DNA of 64,000 nucleotides from Methanobacteriota archaeon (GTDB lineage: Archaea > Thermoplasmatota > Poseidoniia > Poseidoniales > Poseidoniaceae): NCBI GenBank assembly GCA_018650165.1, contig JABIGM010000050.1, forward strand, positions 46,119-110,118, given 5' to 3'. Both the position numbers and the translations under genes were made by a program. Positions 26,456 to 36,205 of this stretch are shown piece after piece. Below the pieces are notes generated by a model, which made no database searches, had not been told where the DNA came from, and worked only from the letters and a program-made list of their open reading frames with translations. Position 1 is the stretch's first letter, and each line of letters begins with the position of its first letter.

Positions 26456-29054
26456 TCACATGGTCGAGACTCGGAACGGTGTGGTCCTCAAGAGGTGGAG
26501 CAAACGGTACTGGTGTATCAAGCGCACCGATAATTAGTGGAGCAGATTCTAAAGCATAGAAAGCATCTTCCATGATTCTAGATTGCATAGAATGAGCAAT
26601 ACCGCCAAACCATTGACCTTCTTGTAAAATTACAAGACGTCCAGTTCTGGTTACACTAGATACGCATGTTTTTGCATCGAATGGCACCAGAGTTCTAACA
26701 TCAATAATTTCCACTTCAATATCTTCTTTTGATAATTGATCTGCTGCAAGTTTAGCTACATGCACCATTGAACCCCATGTGACCAGGGTAACATCTCTTC
26801 CCCCACGAATAACTCCCGCTTTACCAATCTTGAGTCTTTCACCCGATGAAATTGCATCTTTGACTGGCTTTGTATCTACTTTTTGATTAATATTTTGGCC
26901 CCAGCCAGTAAGGCCTCCGCGCAACCCATACAAACCAATATGTTCCAAGAAAATTACTGGGTCATCTAGTGCGGCCGCCTCACGTAAAAGGTCGTAGGCA
27001 TCTTGGGGAGTCCCTGGAGCAAGTACTACCAAACCGGGGTCATTTGCATACCATGATTCAATCATATTTGCATGGAATGGTCCACTTCGTGTCTTTGCAC
27101 CCAATGGTATTCTGATAGTAATGGGTACATCAGCACCCCATCTCCAGCGTAGCATTGCTGCATTATTTATTAGCGCGTTGTGGGCTAATGCTGCAAAGCC
27201 ACCAAATTGTATTTCGGCCATTGGCCTCATTCCAGCAAGAGCAGCGCCTGTAGCGGAATGAATTATGACTGCTTCACATAGAGGCATATCGAGTAATTTA
27301 TCTTGATGTCCGTTTGCTTTTAGAGGAATATTCATTCCGAACGCTCCTGCTACTTCCATATCTTCTCCCATGAAAAGTGTGGAATCCCCATATTGCTCAG
27401 CAATATCACACATCGCTTGCTGAATCGCTCTTGAATAAGTCCAACCACCACTCTCGGCATACTCTAGTAAGCACTCACCTACTTCTAATACTGGATTTGA
27501 TTCCCCCATAATTGCAGAACCGGATAAACGTTTCAAATGGTCTTCATGAGTATCGGCATTATGTAGTGATGTTACACCAAGTGTGACTGTTGAAGGGTCT
27601 GCCCATTCCATCTCTTCGACTGAAGAACGGGCAGAATCTACCAATTCTTGTTCCTCTGCTTCCATAACAGAGAGTTCTTTTTCGGTAATTCCTAGAGAAA
27701 GCAGAAGATTTCTATGAGTTGGAATTGGGTCCTTAGCTTCCCAATATGAAAGTAAGTCGCGGTCTACATATCCAGGAGGGGTGCCTGAAGGTGCACCAAG
27801 ATAGAGATCATCATGGTGGTGAGCATGCCCACAACCACGCATGGTTTCAATGTGAATTAGAGTTGGCCCCCCGCCAGACAATGAAAATTCTCGTGCACAA
27901 GCAACAGATGCATGCCAGGATGCAGGGTCTGAGCCATCTATTGTCCACGATGGAATGCCCATTGCCACTGCCTTATCAGCCCATAATTCAACATTTGATT
28001 GATTTACAGGTGGTGTATCAAGTGCAATTTGGTTGTTTTGTAAAATATATGATATTGGTAAGCCGCGGGTTGCAGCTAGATTGATTGCTTCCCACCACTC
28101 TCCTGATGAGGAAGAGCCTTCGCCTATGCATGCAAGGTGGAATCTCTTCTCATTCTTTTTCCATGCTGAAAGTGCCATTCCAGTCATCGTAACCGTAGCA
28201 ATTGGAAGAGGTGCTGTAGGCGGGAGTACGCCTCTGTGGAAGCAACCAACGTGTAAATCTCTACCTCCTGCACCATCGATTCCCCCATTCATTACTGAAT
28301 CGATTTTACCCATCTGTGCAGTCATAATATCCATTGGAGTATCGCCCATTGCCATACATAATCCAATATCTCTAATCATTGGAGCGATGTAATCACCATG
28401 ATATGGTGAATCGGGAGAGTTGTGTTGGTCTCTTTTGAGAGCAGTAGCCGCTGCAACACAACCCTCTTGCCAGGTAGAACGGAAGCCCTTTCCGCCAAAT
28501 TTACCACCATCAGGAGTGTCCATGCCATTTGCAAAAATATCTTTCAGATGAGCATCTAATCCACGAGTTCTTGTCATCATACGTTGCCATTCCATTCGCA
28601 TTTCATTTGTGATTGACATATAGTGTGCCAATCGACGTAAACAGAGTATGACATCAACGATGAAGCGATCACCTCTTCTTTCTAAATGTAAATCCGTATC
28701 TCTTCTTGGAATTATTTCACCTTCAGTCAAACCCTTGACTTTAGTACGCCCGGTCAATCCTTGCTTCAGTGCATCGACAAATCTGTTGGAAAAGTCGTGC
28801 CATGATTCTCCATCATAGGAATTTTCACCGCGATGTACGAAATCCCATACGGCTCCGATAAGTTGTAGGTGGCCATCGTGACGCTCTGCAGTGAAGCGCA
28901 GTAACTCGCCTTTAGCAGCATCTGCTGGTAGTGTATTGGTAAATTCTAATGGGCTTTCACCAATCCAATCAGTACCACGAATCGTCGGTAATTGTCCTTG
29001 AGTCATGGTCCATCCCACCCCTCCGAAGAGGCGTTTTCTTATCAGGCATGCCAT
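26424..29054 (-). CDS. 2-oxoacid dehydrogenase E1 component with fused alpha (TPP-binding) and beta (transketolase-like) halves.
   Basis: The alpha-type TPP motif region is 'ACIGEGSSSSGEWWEAINLAA...LPISYILQNN'. The beta-type region is 'FMGEDMEVAGAFGMN...AEIQFGGFA...'. The two halves are joined in one 876-aa ORF. Confidence 0.75.
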   Translation of the reverse strand: MACLIRKRLFGGVGWTMTQGQLPTIRGTDWIGESPLEFTNTLPADAAKGELLRFTAERHDGHLQLIGAVWDFVHRGENSYDGESWHDFSNRFVDALKQGLTGRTKVKGLTEGEIIPRRDTDLHLERRGDRFIVDVILCLRRLAHYMSITNEMRMEWQRMMTRTRGLDAHLKDIFANGMDTPDGGKFGGKGFRSTWQEGCVAAATALKRDQHNSPDSPYHGDYIAPMIRDIGLCMAMGDTPMDIMTAQMGKIDSVMNGGIDGAGGRDLHVGCFHRGVLPPTAPLPIATVTMTGMALSAWKKNEKRFHLACIGEGSSSSGEWWEAINLAATRGLPISYILQNNQIALDTPPVNQSNVELWADKAVAMGIPSWTIDGSDPASWHASVACAREFSLSGGGPTLIHIETMRGCGHAHHHDDLYLGAPSGTPPGYVDRDLLSYWEAKDPIPTHRNLLLSLGITEKELSVMEAEEQELVDSARSSVEEMEWADPSTVTLGVTSLHNADTHEDHLKRLSGSAIMGESNPVLEVGECLLEYAESGGWTYSRAIQQAMCDIAEQYGDSTLFMGEDMEVAGAFGMNIPLKANGHQDKLLDMPLCEAVIIHSATGAALAGMRPMAEIQFGGFAALAHNALINNAAMLRWRWGADVPITIRIPLGAKTRSGPFHANMIESWYANDPGLVVLAPGTPQDAYDLLREAAALDDPVIFLEHIGLYGLRGGLTGWGQNINQKVDTKPVKDAISSGERLKIGKAGVIRGGRDVTLVTWGSMVHVAKLAADQLSKEDIEVEIIDVRTLVPFDAKTCVSSVTRTGRLVILQEGQWFGGIAHSMQSRIMEDAFYALESAPLIIGALDTPVPFAPPLEDHTVPSLDHVIKALRQVAQG

Positions 29055-29062
29055 TATTCAAA

Positions 29063-30319
29063 TCATTCAGATTCGAGGCGTTTTGACATTTCTGAATTGT
29101 AACAATCACTCAATACCTGACGATTTGAAAGGGTTATCATCAATCCTATGGCCATCGGTATTGCAAGAATTCCTAATGAGATTCCCCAATTGTTAGTGTA
29201 ATCATAAACCGGACCAATAACCATTGGTCCAACTATAGTTCCAGCAGCCCATGCGGTTCCAAAGGCACCAAATGCAAGACCTGCGCCACCTTTACCGTAT
29301 ACTTGAGTAGTTGCCGCATCTACCATTGGAAGCATTGGAACTTGTGCTGCCGAGATTGCAAATTGGAAAACTCCTAAAATTACAATGATACAATATGCTG
29401 CAAGAATGACATCATGTATTGAATATGCAACATATCCAGCCGCAAGCATCGTTATGGTTACAACAGTCCAACCGAATATCATGTAGCGAACGGGGCCATT
29501 GCGATCTACTAGAACGCCCCACAACCAACCGCCTAAACCTTGGGCGACTACCATTACCAACAAGACTGCACCAATCCAGGCAGCATTTAGGCCCAAACTA
29601 TCCTTAAGGAATAATGGAACTCCTGCTTCTAGTGCACCAGTTGCTAATGTAGTCATCATCACCAATAGACCGATTCGGAATAATACAGGGTTCTGAATGA
29701 ATACTTTCAGAGGCACTGAGCCTTGAGCCGGCTCACTACCATGACCCAACTCCTTAGTTGTCACATAGATTATTGGAATGATGACTGCAGTTGCAGATGC
29801 TAGACCAATAAATGCATATTGCGGTCCAATTGTGTAAGCAGCCCCTCCAATTACTGGCCCCATCAAACCGCCAATTGTTGCCATTGCAATCAATTTCCCT
29901 GACATTTCTCCAAATTTGGTTGGCCAAATATCACTCGCTGCAGCAAATCCTGCAGTCAGAATTGCAGCACCTGATGCGCCATGTATCAACCTGGCTATTG
30001 CCAAAACAATGAATCCATCAATAGATGTGACTTCCATTGCTACCAAGTAGAGCAAAGATGCTGCAGTTAATGCAACCAATGAGAATAGAATAGTGCGACC
30101 AGGCCCCAGACGGTCGGTCAACCGTCCAGTGTAAGGCCCCAGTAAGAAAAGCGGAACTGCCCAAAGTGAAACTAATGCTGTAGCTTCAGTATTGGATAAT
30201 GCAAACTCTGCTCTCCATGATGGAAGTATTGGAACGATGAACGCATAACCCATGAAATCAACTAAAAATGCACAAGATAAAGCCCAGAAAGCCCACTTCT
30301 TATCCGATTCACTCATCAT
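29063..30319 (-). CDS. MFS transporter.
   Basis: 12 predicted TM helices. MFS motif-A-like 'GRLTDRLGPGRT' sits between TM2 and TM3. Confidence 0.75.
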   Translation of the reverse strand: MMSESDKKWAFWALSCAFLVDFMGYAFIVPILPSWRAEFALSNTEATALVSLWAVPLFLLGPYTGRLTDRLGPGRTILFSLVALTAASLLYLVAMEVTSIDGFIVLAIARLIHGASGAAILTAGFAAASDIWPTKFGEMSGKLIAMATIGGLMGPVIGGAAYTIGPQYAFIGLASATAVIIPIIYVTTKELGHGSEPAQGSVPLKVFIQNPVLFRIGLLVMMTTLATGALEAGVPLFLKDSLGLNAAWIGAVLLVMVVAQGLGGWLWGVLVDRNGPVRYMIFGWTVVTITMLAAGYVAYSIHDVILAAYCIIVILGVFQFAISAAQVPMLPMVDAATTQVYGKGGAGLAFGAFGTAWAAGTIVGPMVIGPVYDYTNNWGISLGILAIPMAIGLMITLSNRQVLSDCYNSEMSKRLESE

Positions 30320-31365
30320 TCTTCTTCCTCTCTTGATGGAAGTGAGGTCAACACATCCCCTAGCATTTCAGTAACGTCTTCTACACGGGTTGACAATGTA
30401 ATATCTGTGAGATTCCCCGGTCTTCCGATATCCCACATCAATTCATGGGCTGTTTCAGTTACCAGTCTTGTGAATTCAAGAACAGCAGGATCGATTGCAG
30501 CTTGGTTATGTTCTGGAATAATATTGACAAGGTCCGGCTTTTCATCGAGTATACTATCCATTACTCCCTCAATGTCAGATGCTATTACATCCGCTTGGTT
30601 TTGTAGAATATCTTCCATTGAACCTCCCCCCAATTTACTAGTTGTAGATTTTGAACCCAACTTTGAACTCCTCTTTGAGGTGGGTAGATTTCCAGAAACT
30701 GAGCCCGCAGCACCCGCATTAGCAGTGGGGCCTAATTCATTGACAATATTGTTGAGAGCTACACGAAGTACATTCGACATCAAAGAGGGATCTATCTCTT
30801 GTTCGATTTCTATGCCTTCTTCTCCTAACTGAGTTAGTATCTCATTGATGAAGTCGACATTAATTTTTTCCGGAGTGACAATTCCTTTTAGCATCGGAAG
30901 CGCCCATTTAGCATCACCCATCACCATCGATACGTCAAATGTGCCACTTCCGCCTGTACCTGTGGCATTAGAAACGTCTGCTGGTGGCTGAACGAATTGT
31001 TTCTTCGAATGTTTCTCAAGTTGTGCAAGTAACTTATTCATGTCAACCGGTTTTGAAATCACTTCGTTTATTCCTGCTCTGGCAGCAGAAACCAGATAAT
31101 CTTCAGAATTTGACCTTGATAGAATCACGATTCTGCATTTGAATGCAAACTCAGGATCTGACATTAATCTCTGAGATGCATCGATTGCATCACCGGTGTT
31201 CCATTCACCATCAATTAGGACAACCTCGGGCATTGTAGCGAGAGCAGTTCCTTCCGCTTGTCGTAAAGTCCCAGCCCTAGTTACTTCATACCCGGCTCGC
31301 TCTAAAGTTCCTGCAAGAAGATTGCGTCGGCCTTCGTTCTCGTCGGCTACGATAAGTTTCGGCAC
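30316..31365 (-). CDS. Response regulator: a CheY-like receiver plus an uncharacterised 220-aa C-terminal domain.
   Basis: Receiver 'KLIVADENEG...VVLIDGEWN...ISKP' contains an acidic pocket, a phospho-acceptor Asp and a conserved Lys. There is no kinase gene in the window. Confidence 0.6.
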   Translation of the reverse strand: MPKLIVADENEGRRNLLAGTLERAGYEVTRAGTLRQAEGTALATMPEVVLIDGEWNTGDAIDASQRLMSDPEFAFKCRIVILSRSNSEDYLVSAARAGINEVISKPVDMNKLLAQLEKHSKKQFVQPPADVSNATGTGGSGTFDVSMVMGDAKWALPMLKGIVTPEKINVDFINEILTQLGEEGIEIEQEIDPSLMSNVLRVALNNIVNELGPTANAGAAGSVSGNLPTSKRSSKLGSKSTTSKLGGGSMEDILQNQADVIASDIEGVMDSILDEKPDLVNIIPEHNQAAIDPAVLEFTRLVTETAHELMWDIGRPGNLTDITLSTRVEDVTEMLGDVLTSLPSREEEE

Positions 31366-31418
31366 ATGCTACTGGCCAACACTAAACCCCTTGAAGGTTG
31401 ACCCACCATAGGTGGGTC

Positions 31419-32510
31419 TCAGCCATGTATGATACCTTCTGGGTTTGTTTCAGCCCAATCCAAGATTCCACCCGACAGATTATACAATTTTGAGGCATCA
31501 TAACCGGCTTGAATCAATTGCATTATTGCAATTTGAGACCTCATCCCCGATCTACAGTGGACTAAGACATCTTGGTCTTTGGGAATTTGGTCAATGGCGG
31601 ATAATATCTCATCGTGTGGACACATGTACACCGCTTTTGAAATCCGAGCCTGATCCCATTCATTTTGTGAACGGACATCAATAAAACATGGATTCCAGCC
31701 TTCATCCATTTTTTCGATAGCTTTGGAAGGGGGGATTGTGTGGAACATCAATTCATTGGCAGGGATATCTGATTTTTCAACTTGTTCACTATTTGAATTA
31801 CCAAATGAAAGAATTCTTTGCTTAGATTCTAATGAATCATAGATTAGTAATTTACCTGAAAGTGGAGTTCCAATCTCAAGAATTATTTTTATTGCTTCAC
31901 TTGCTTGTATACAACCGATTAATCCCGGAATAACACCGATAACACCTGCATCTGCACAAGATGGAATTAATTCATCCGGTGGTGCCACGGGAAATAAATC
32001 CCGATACCTTGGACCACCTTTGTAATTGAACACTGAGGCTTGGCCTTCGAATCTATAAACCGAGCCATAGACCCATGGAATTCCTAATTCCATACAGGTA
32101 TCATCAATTAAATATCTAGTTGGAATATTGTCAGTTCCATCTATGACTAAATCATGTCCCTTAAACAATTCATTTGCATTTTCCGAGTTCAATCTAACAA
32201 CCTTTGAAGCAACTGAAATATTTGGGTCTAGGTCGTTAACAAATCTCTTTGCTGAATCAGCTTTAGGATGTCCAATGTCTGTACTTCGGTGAATTACTTG
32301 CCGTTGTAAGTTGGAAATGTCAACATTATCATCATCAATAAGTGTGAGGTGACCAACTCCTGCTGCAGCAAGATATTGAATTACGGGGCTTCCTAAGCCG
32401 CCTGCGCCCACGCATAAAATTCGTGCTTTTGCCAGACGTGCCTGCCCTTCTGCTCCGACTTGAGGTAACAGTATATGGCGCGAATGGCGGTCGATGTTTA
32501 CCATTCTCAT
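31419..32510 (-). CDS. moeZ: MoeB/ThiF-type E1-like adenylyltransferase fused to a C-terminal rhodanese domain (MoeZ/MOCS3-like).
   Basis: 'ILCVGAGGLGSPVIQYLAAAGVGHLTLIDDDNVDISNLQRQ' is the ThiF nucleotide-binding fold, followed by the CxxC region. C-terminal 'VLVHCRSGMRSQ' is the rhodanese active-site Cys loop. Confidence 0.8.
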   Translation of the reverse strand: MRMVNIDRHSRHILLPQVGAEGQARLAKARILCVGAGGLGSPVIQYLAAAGVGHLTLIDDDNVDISNLQRQVIHRSTDIGHPKADSAKRFVNDLDPNISVASKVVRLNSENANELFKGHDLVIDGTDNIPTRYLIDDTCMELGIPWVYGSVYRFEGQASVFNYKGGPRYRDLFPVAPPDELIPSCADAGVIGVIPGLIGCIQASEAIKIILEIGTPLSGKLLIYDSLESKQRILSFGNSNSEQVEKSDIPANELMFHTIPPSKAIEKMDEGWNPCFIDVRSQNEWDQARISKAVYMCPHDEILSAIDQIPKDQDVLVHCRSGMRSQIAIMQLIQAGYDASKLYNLSGGILDWAETNPEGIIHG

Positions 32511-32513
32511 GCC

Positions 32514-33491
32514 TCAATGTACATTTTCTTCAAGCCATTTTTCGCAATCTATTGCTGCTTGGCAACCAAGACCTGCTGCAGTGATTGCTTGCTTGTAGCG
32601 CGTATCTACGACATCTCCTGCTGCAAATACTCCTTCTACATTTGTCATGGTATGTTCTCTGTGAATCAAATAACCTTCTTCATTAGTTTCTAATTGACCT
32701 TCAAGGAAGTTGGTAATCGGCGTATGGCCAATTGCGATGAAGGCGCCGCTTACTGCGATTTCTTCAGTGGAACCGTCTCTCGGGTCTTCTAATACAGCAC
32801 CGGTCAATCCAGAATCATCGGAAAGCCATTTCTTTACTTGGCGGAATGTCTTAATCTCAATTTTCTCATGATTAGCGGCACGATCATACATCACTTGTGA
32901 TGCACGAAACACATCTCTTCGATGGACAAGAGTAACCTTTGATGCGAACCGCGTTAAGAAAGTCGCTTCTTCCATAGCAGAGTCTCCTCCACCAACAACC
33001 ATTATTTCCTGTTCTCTGAAAAATGCCCCATCACAAGTTGCACATGTTGAAATTCCTCTGCCCTTTTGTTCCTCTTCACCTTCGACTCCAAGCCAAATCG
33101 ATTCTGCACCTGTTGATACAATGATTGAATGAGTAAGATATTCATCACCTTCTGAATAAACTTTGAATGGGCGCTCTGACAAATCAACACGGTCTACGTT
33201 ACGGTCTTGAACTTCAAGTCCAAATCGTTCAGCCTGTTCGCGCAACTCCATCATCATCTCAGGGCCACCAATTCCTTTAGGGTACCCTGGGAAGTTTTCG
33301 ATGTCACTTGTCAGCATCAATTGCCCTCCAGACATGTAGCCTGCAAACATCAGCGGCTCTAACATTGCACGACCTGTGTACAACCCTGCAGTATATCCAG
33401 CAGGTCCACTTCCGATGATTATTACGTTGCGAATATTGTCGCCCATGTATCTACCAAGGGAATAGCATCCTTGAACATTGCCTCTCAACAT
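32514..33491 (-). CDS. trxB: Thioredoxin-disulfide reductase.
   Basis: 'VIIIGSGPAGYTAGLY' binds FAD. 'CATCDGAFF' is the redox-active CxxC. 'GGGDSAMEEA' binds NADPH. 'FAAGDV' is the C-terminal FAD motif. Confidence 0.85.
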   Translation of the reverse strand: MLRGNVQGCYSLGRYMGDNIRNVIIIGSGPAGYTAGLYTGRAMLEPLMFAGYMSGGQLMLTSDIENFPGYPKGIGGPEMMMELREQAERFGLEVQDRNVDRVDLSERPFKVYSEGDEYLTHSIIVSTGAESIWLGVEGEEEQKGRGISTCATCDGAFFREQEIMVVGGGDSAMEEATFLTRFASKVTLVHRRDVFRASQVMYDRAANHEKIEIKTFRQVKKWLSDDSGLTGAVLEDPRDGSTEEIAVSGAFIAIGHTPITNFLEGQLETNEEGYLIHREHTMTNVEGVFAAGDVVDTRYKQAITAAGLGCQAAIDCEKWLEENVH

Positions 33492-33521
33492 TCAAGAATA
33501 AACTGCAATTCGCAAGTAAAT

Positions 33522-34061
33522 ATGGATGTTTTTTCACATTGGCTCTGGGGCATGGCATTAACCCGTGGGAAAATGTCATGGAAGGTTAGTGGACCAATGA
33601 GTGTACTACCTGACCTCTTGGCATTTATTCCAAACACAATTTATGGATTGATTTATGGAATATCAAGGGTCGATATCGATAACGCAGTTACCGAAGATAT
33701 GCCTTTTGCGTGGTCGATTTACCAGTGGACTCACTCACTAACAATAGTTCTCGTTCTATTTTTGGCAGCTTGGTATATTCTAAAATCTAAGGAACATGAA
33801 AACCCGAGATATATGGCTTGGATTTTTGTATTGCCTTGGTTTTTCCATATACTACTAGATATTCCCGGGCATACTATTGATTTCTTCCCAACACCTTTCC
33901 TTCACCCATTCAGTGATCTCATGTTGGATGGGGTGAGATGGAGTACCTGGTGGTTCTTCTGGCCGCAAGCCATTATTCTAGGAGCGCTGTGGTGGTATAT
34001 TTTGAAGACAGAGAAGGCTCACAGCATAGAAGAAATTGCAGACACTGCCGCCCTAGCATGA
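33522..34061 (+). CDS. Membrane protein, possibly of the DUF457 / YdjM-like membrane-bound metal-dependent hydrolase family. The likely start is 'MDVFSHWLWG'; the track ORF starts at 33471.
   Basis: 4 TM helices, the His-containing N-terminus 'FSHWLWG', and 'DIPGHTIDFFPTPFLHPFSD'. Confidence 0.35.
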   Translation: MDVFSHWLWGMALTRGKMSWKVSGPMSVLPDLLAFIPNTIYGLIYGISRVDIDNAVTEDMPFAWSIYQWTHSLTIVLVLFLAAWYILKSKEHENPRYMAWIFVLPWFFHILLDIPGHTIDFFPTPFLHPFSDLMLDGVRWSTWWFFWPQAIILGALWWYILKTEKAHSIEEIADTAALA

Positions 34062-34414
34062 GGCTCTAGGCGAGGCTCGATGTGCTTCTCTTCTGCGCCG
34101 GGACCAATAATGCCTAAACCAATCGGTTTACCATGTTCTAATTGTAATTCAATTATTGATTTGATAACTGCTTGTCCCATTGCCAGTCCGTGCTTTGTAC
34201 TACCTTTCTCAATTATTCCAAGACATGCTGCACCGTGAATATCGTCACGAGAGATTAAGCGGGAAAGAGCCAATGGAACTTCCATTGCCCCCGGCACCCA
34301 TACGATTTCTACAATCGTCATGTCTTCGCTAGCCGCTTGGTTTTCAGCATAAGCAAGCATTCTCGAAATCTCTGCTTTATGAAAACTCCCACATACAATT
34401 GCAATTTGTGTCAT
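34019..34414 (-). CDS. ribH: 6,7-dimethyl-8-ribityllumazine synthase.
   Basis: 'IAIVCGSFHKAEISRML', 'VWVPGAMEVPLA' (VPGAFE[IL]P-type motif) and 'GAACLGII' fit the lumazine-synthase fold. 131 aa. Confidence 0.65.
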   Translation of the reverse strand: MTQIAIVCGSFHKAEISRMLAYAENQAASEDMTIVEIVWVPGAMEVPLALSRLISRDDIHGAACLGIIEKGSTKHGLAMGQAVIKSIIELQLEHGKPIGLGIIGPGAEEKHIEPRLEPHARAAVSAISSML

Positions 34415-35019
34415 ACTCTTTCCTCCAGAATCTTTTCCACAGTTGAAACAATAGTTTGCGTCATTGAATCGACTTCGATATTAACATGTTCACCAAGTCC
34501 TTTCCCGCCAATCGTGGTTAGTTGAATTGTCTCTGGAATTAGATGTAAGGCAAACCCTCCTTCACTAATGTGACCGACTGTTAAAGAAATACCATCTATT
34601 GCGATGTAGCCTTTTTCTTGAATATATTTCATTATATCATCCGGACAGTCGATGAAGATATCCAAAAACTCATTCCCATCATCCCGTTCAATTATTTCCC
34701 CGACCCCAAATATGTGGCCTGACAGTAGATGCCCTCCTATCTCATCGCCAAATTTGAGGGCGCGCTCAAGATTTACCCAATGGCCCTCGATTTTTTCTCC
34801 TAGTGTGGTCAATGAAAGGGTCTCGGGAATTACGTCGAATGAAATCAATCTATCATCAATATCCACAACAGTAAGGCAGACACCATCGACTGAAACTGAT
34901 GCTCCTTCGACTAACCCGTCTACTGAAACCATTCCAAAATCAATTACTAAACGGATTACTTCCTCGCCTTCTATTTGAGAAATCCGACCCATGCCTGCAA
35001 CAATTCCAGTGAACATCAA
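34411..35019 (-). CDS. ribE: Riboflavin synthase (bacterial/eukaryotic two-barrel type).
   Basis: 'MMFTGIVAGMGRI' is the MFTGI N-terminus. The second-repeat motif is 'GISLTVGHI', and the 'DGVCLTVV' / 'DGISLTV' duplication is present. Confidence 0.8.
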   Translation of the reverse strand: MMFTGIVAGMGRISQIEGEEVIRLVIDFGMVSVDGLVEGASVSVDGVCLTVVDIDDRLISFDVIPETLSLTTLGEKIEGHWVNLERALKFGDEIGGHLLSGHIFGVGEIIERDDGNEFLDIFIDCPDDIMKYIQEKGYIAIDGISLTVGHISEGGFALHLIPETIQLTTIGGKGLGEHVNIEVDSMTQTIVSTVEKILEERV

Positions 35020-35474
35020 TTCACCTCCTTGTCTTTGCTATTGTGGAACGAGGAACGTTCTAGTATCCTAGCAATGATTTTTCGAGTCCCATCCAAATCA
35101 TCGGATAAGCCTTCAACCCTTACAACTTTGATGTGGCCAAGACCTCTCTCCTCAAGCGAACTACGGATTCGTTCTTCAGCGTGTTCTTGGTCATATCCTA
35201 AAGCAATAATATCGGGATTAACCTTTGGTAAAATATCGAATATTGGTATATCAGGGGAGTTTCCAATCACGGCTTCATCAACTGGTTTTAGGCCTTCAAC
35301 CATCCTTCTGCGTAAATCTTGGCCCGTTATTGGATCATGCTTACGCTTTCTGACAGTATCATCATGAGCAACAACGACTACTAGGTAATCACCAAGCGAT
35401 TTCGCTTGCTCCATATAATGCAGATGTCCAGCATGTAATAGGTCGAAGACCCCCACTGCCATCACACGAATCAT
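35016..35474 (-). CDS. ribL: Archaeal-type FAD synthetase (FMN adenylyltransferase, cytidylyltransferase fold).
   Basis: 'VMAVGVFDLLHAGHLHYMEQAKSLGDYLVVVVAHDDTV' is the (H/T)xGH nucleotidyltransferase motif in RibL-like spacing. 152 aa. Confidence 0.65.
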   Translation of the reverse strand: MIRVMAVGVFDLLHAGHLHYMEQAKSLGDYLVVVVAHDDTVRKRKHDPITGQDLRRRMVEGLKPVDEAVIGNSPDIPIFDILPKVNPDIIALGYDQEHAEERIRSSLEERGLGHIKVVRVEGLSDDLDGTRKIIARILERSSFHNSKDKEVN

Positions 35475-35506
35475 ATGTTATCCTCCTTTCATGGGAAAAG
35501 GTACTC

Positions 35507-36205
35507 TCACTTAGAGCCTAGGGCACTAATCAATTCCTCACCGGTCAAGAATGGTATTCCTCTTTCATTAGCCCAAATGCGAGCATCTTCTACAGGCAAT
35601 GCGAGATCCCCGTCAGGTTGTAACATCTCAGCCCCAATGACGACTGGCGTCATTCCGGAGAGACGTGCTAGGCCAACAGCGAGTTCGGTATGCCCTTGTC
35701 GGCGCGACAGGCCGCCTTCTGTCTCTCTACAGACTGGTATATGCCCTGGAGTGCGAAACTCTTCTCCCAGCTTTTCAAGTGCATCATCGCCATCTTTTAG
35801 TTCGGCATATAGTTCAGCAAACCTTCGAGTAGTGAGTGCTCGATCACGATCTGTGATTCCTGTAAACGTATCACGATGATTTAACGATAAAGTGAATGCA
35901 CTGCGAGTATCGTATTGAAGGTCGTTTGTCTGTAAGTGACGAAGTACTGGGTAATCCGCTAATAATCTGGCATCCATGTGCAAATCTTGTAAAAATGGTA
36001 ATGAAAACCTCTCTCCAACTTCATGCCCAATTGCAAGGAAAAGTAACCCTCCACAATCGAATCGTAATTGCCTCATAGTTGCAGCATCGGCACATTGGCC
36101 GGGAAATAATAAATCAGTTTCCCCTTCCCTATTCTCTGCATCGAATAAACAGACTGGATTGCCATGACGGAATGCATTAACTGCGGCCTCCACATGTGCC
36201 TCCAT
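35507..36205 (-). CDS. ribB: 3,4-dihydroxy-2-butanone-4-phosphate synthase.
   Basis: 'PVCLFDAENREGETDLLFPGQ' is the signature acidic loop ('DDEDREGEGDL' in the reference). 'TELAVGLARLSG' also matches. Confidence 0.8.
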   Translation of the reverse strand: MEAHVEAAVNAFRHGNPVCLFDAENREGETDLLFPGQCADAATMRQLRFDCGGLLFLAIGHEVGERFSLPFLQDLHMDARLLADYPVLRHLQTNDLQYDTRSAFTLSLNHRDTFTGITDRDRALTTRRFAELYAELKDGDDALEKLGEEFRTPGHIPVCRETEGGLSRRQGHTELAVGLARLSGMTPVVIGAEMLQPDGDLALPVEDARIWANERGIPFLTGEELISALGSK

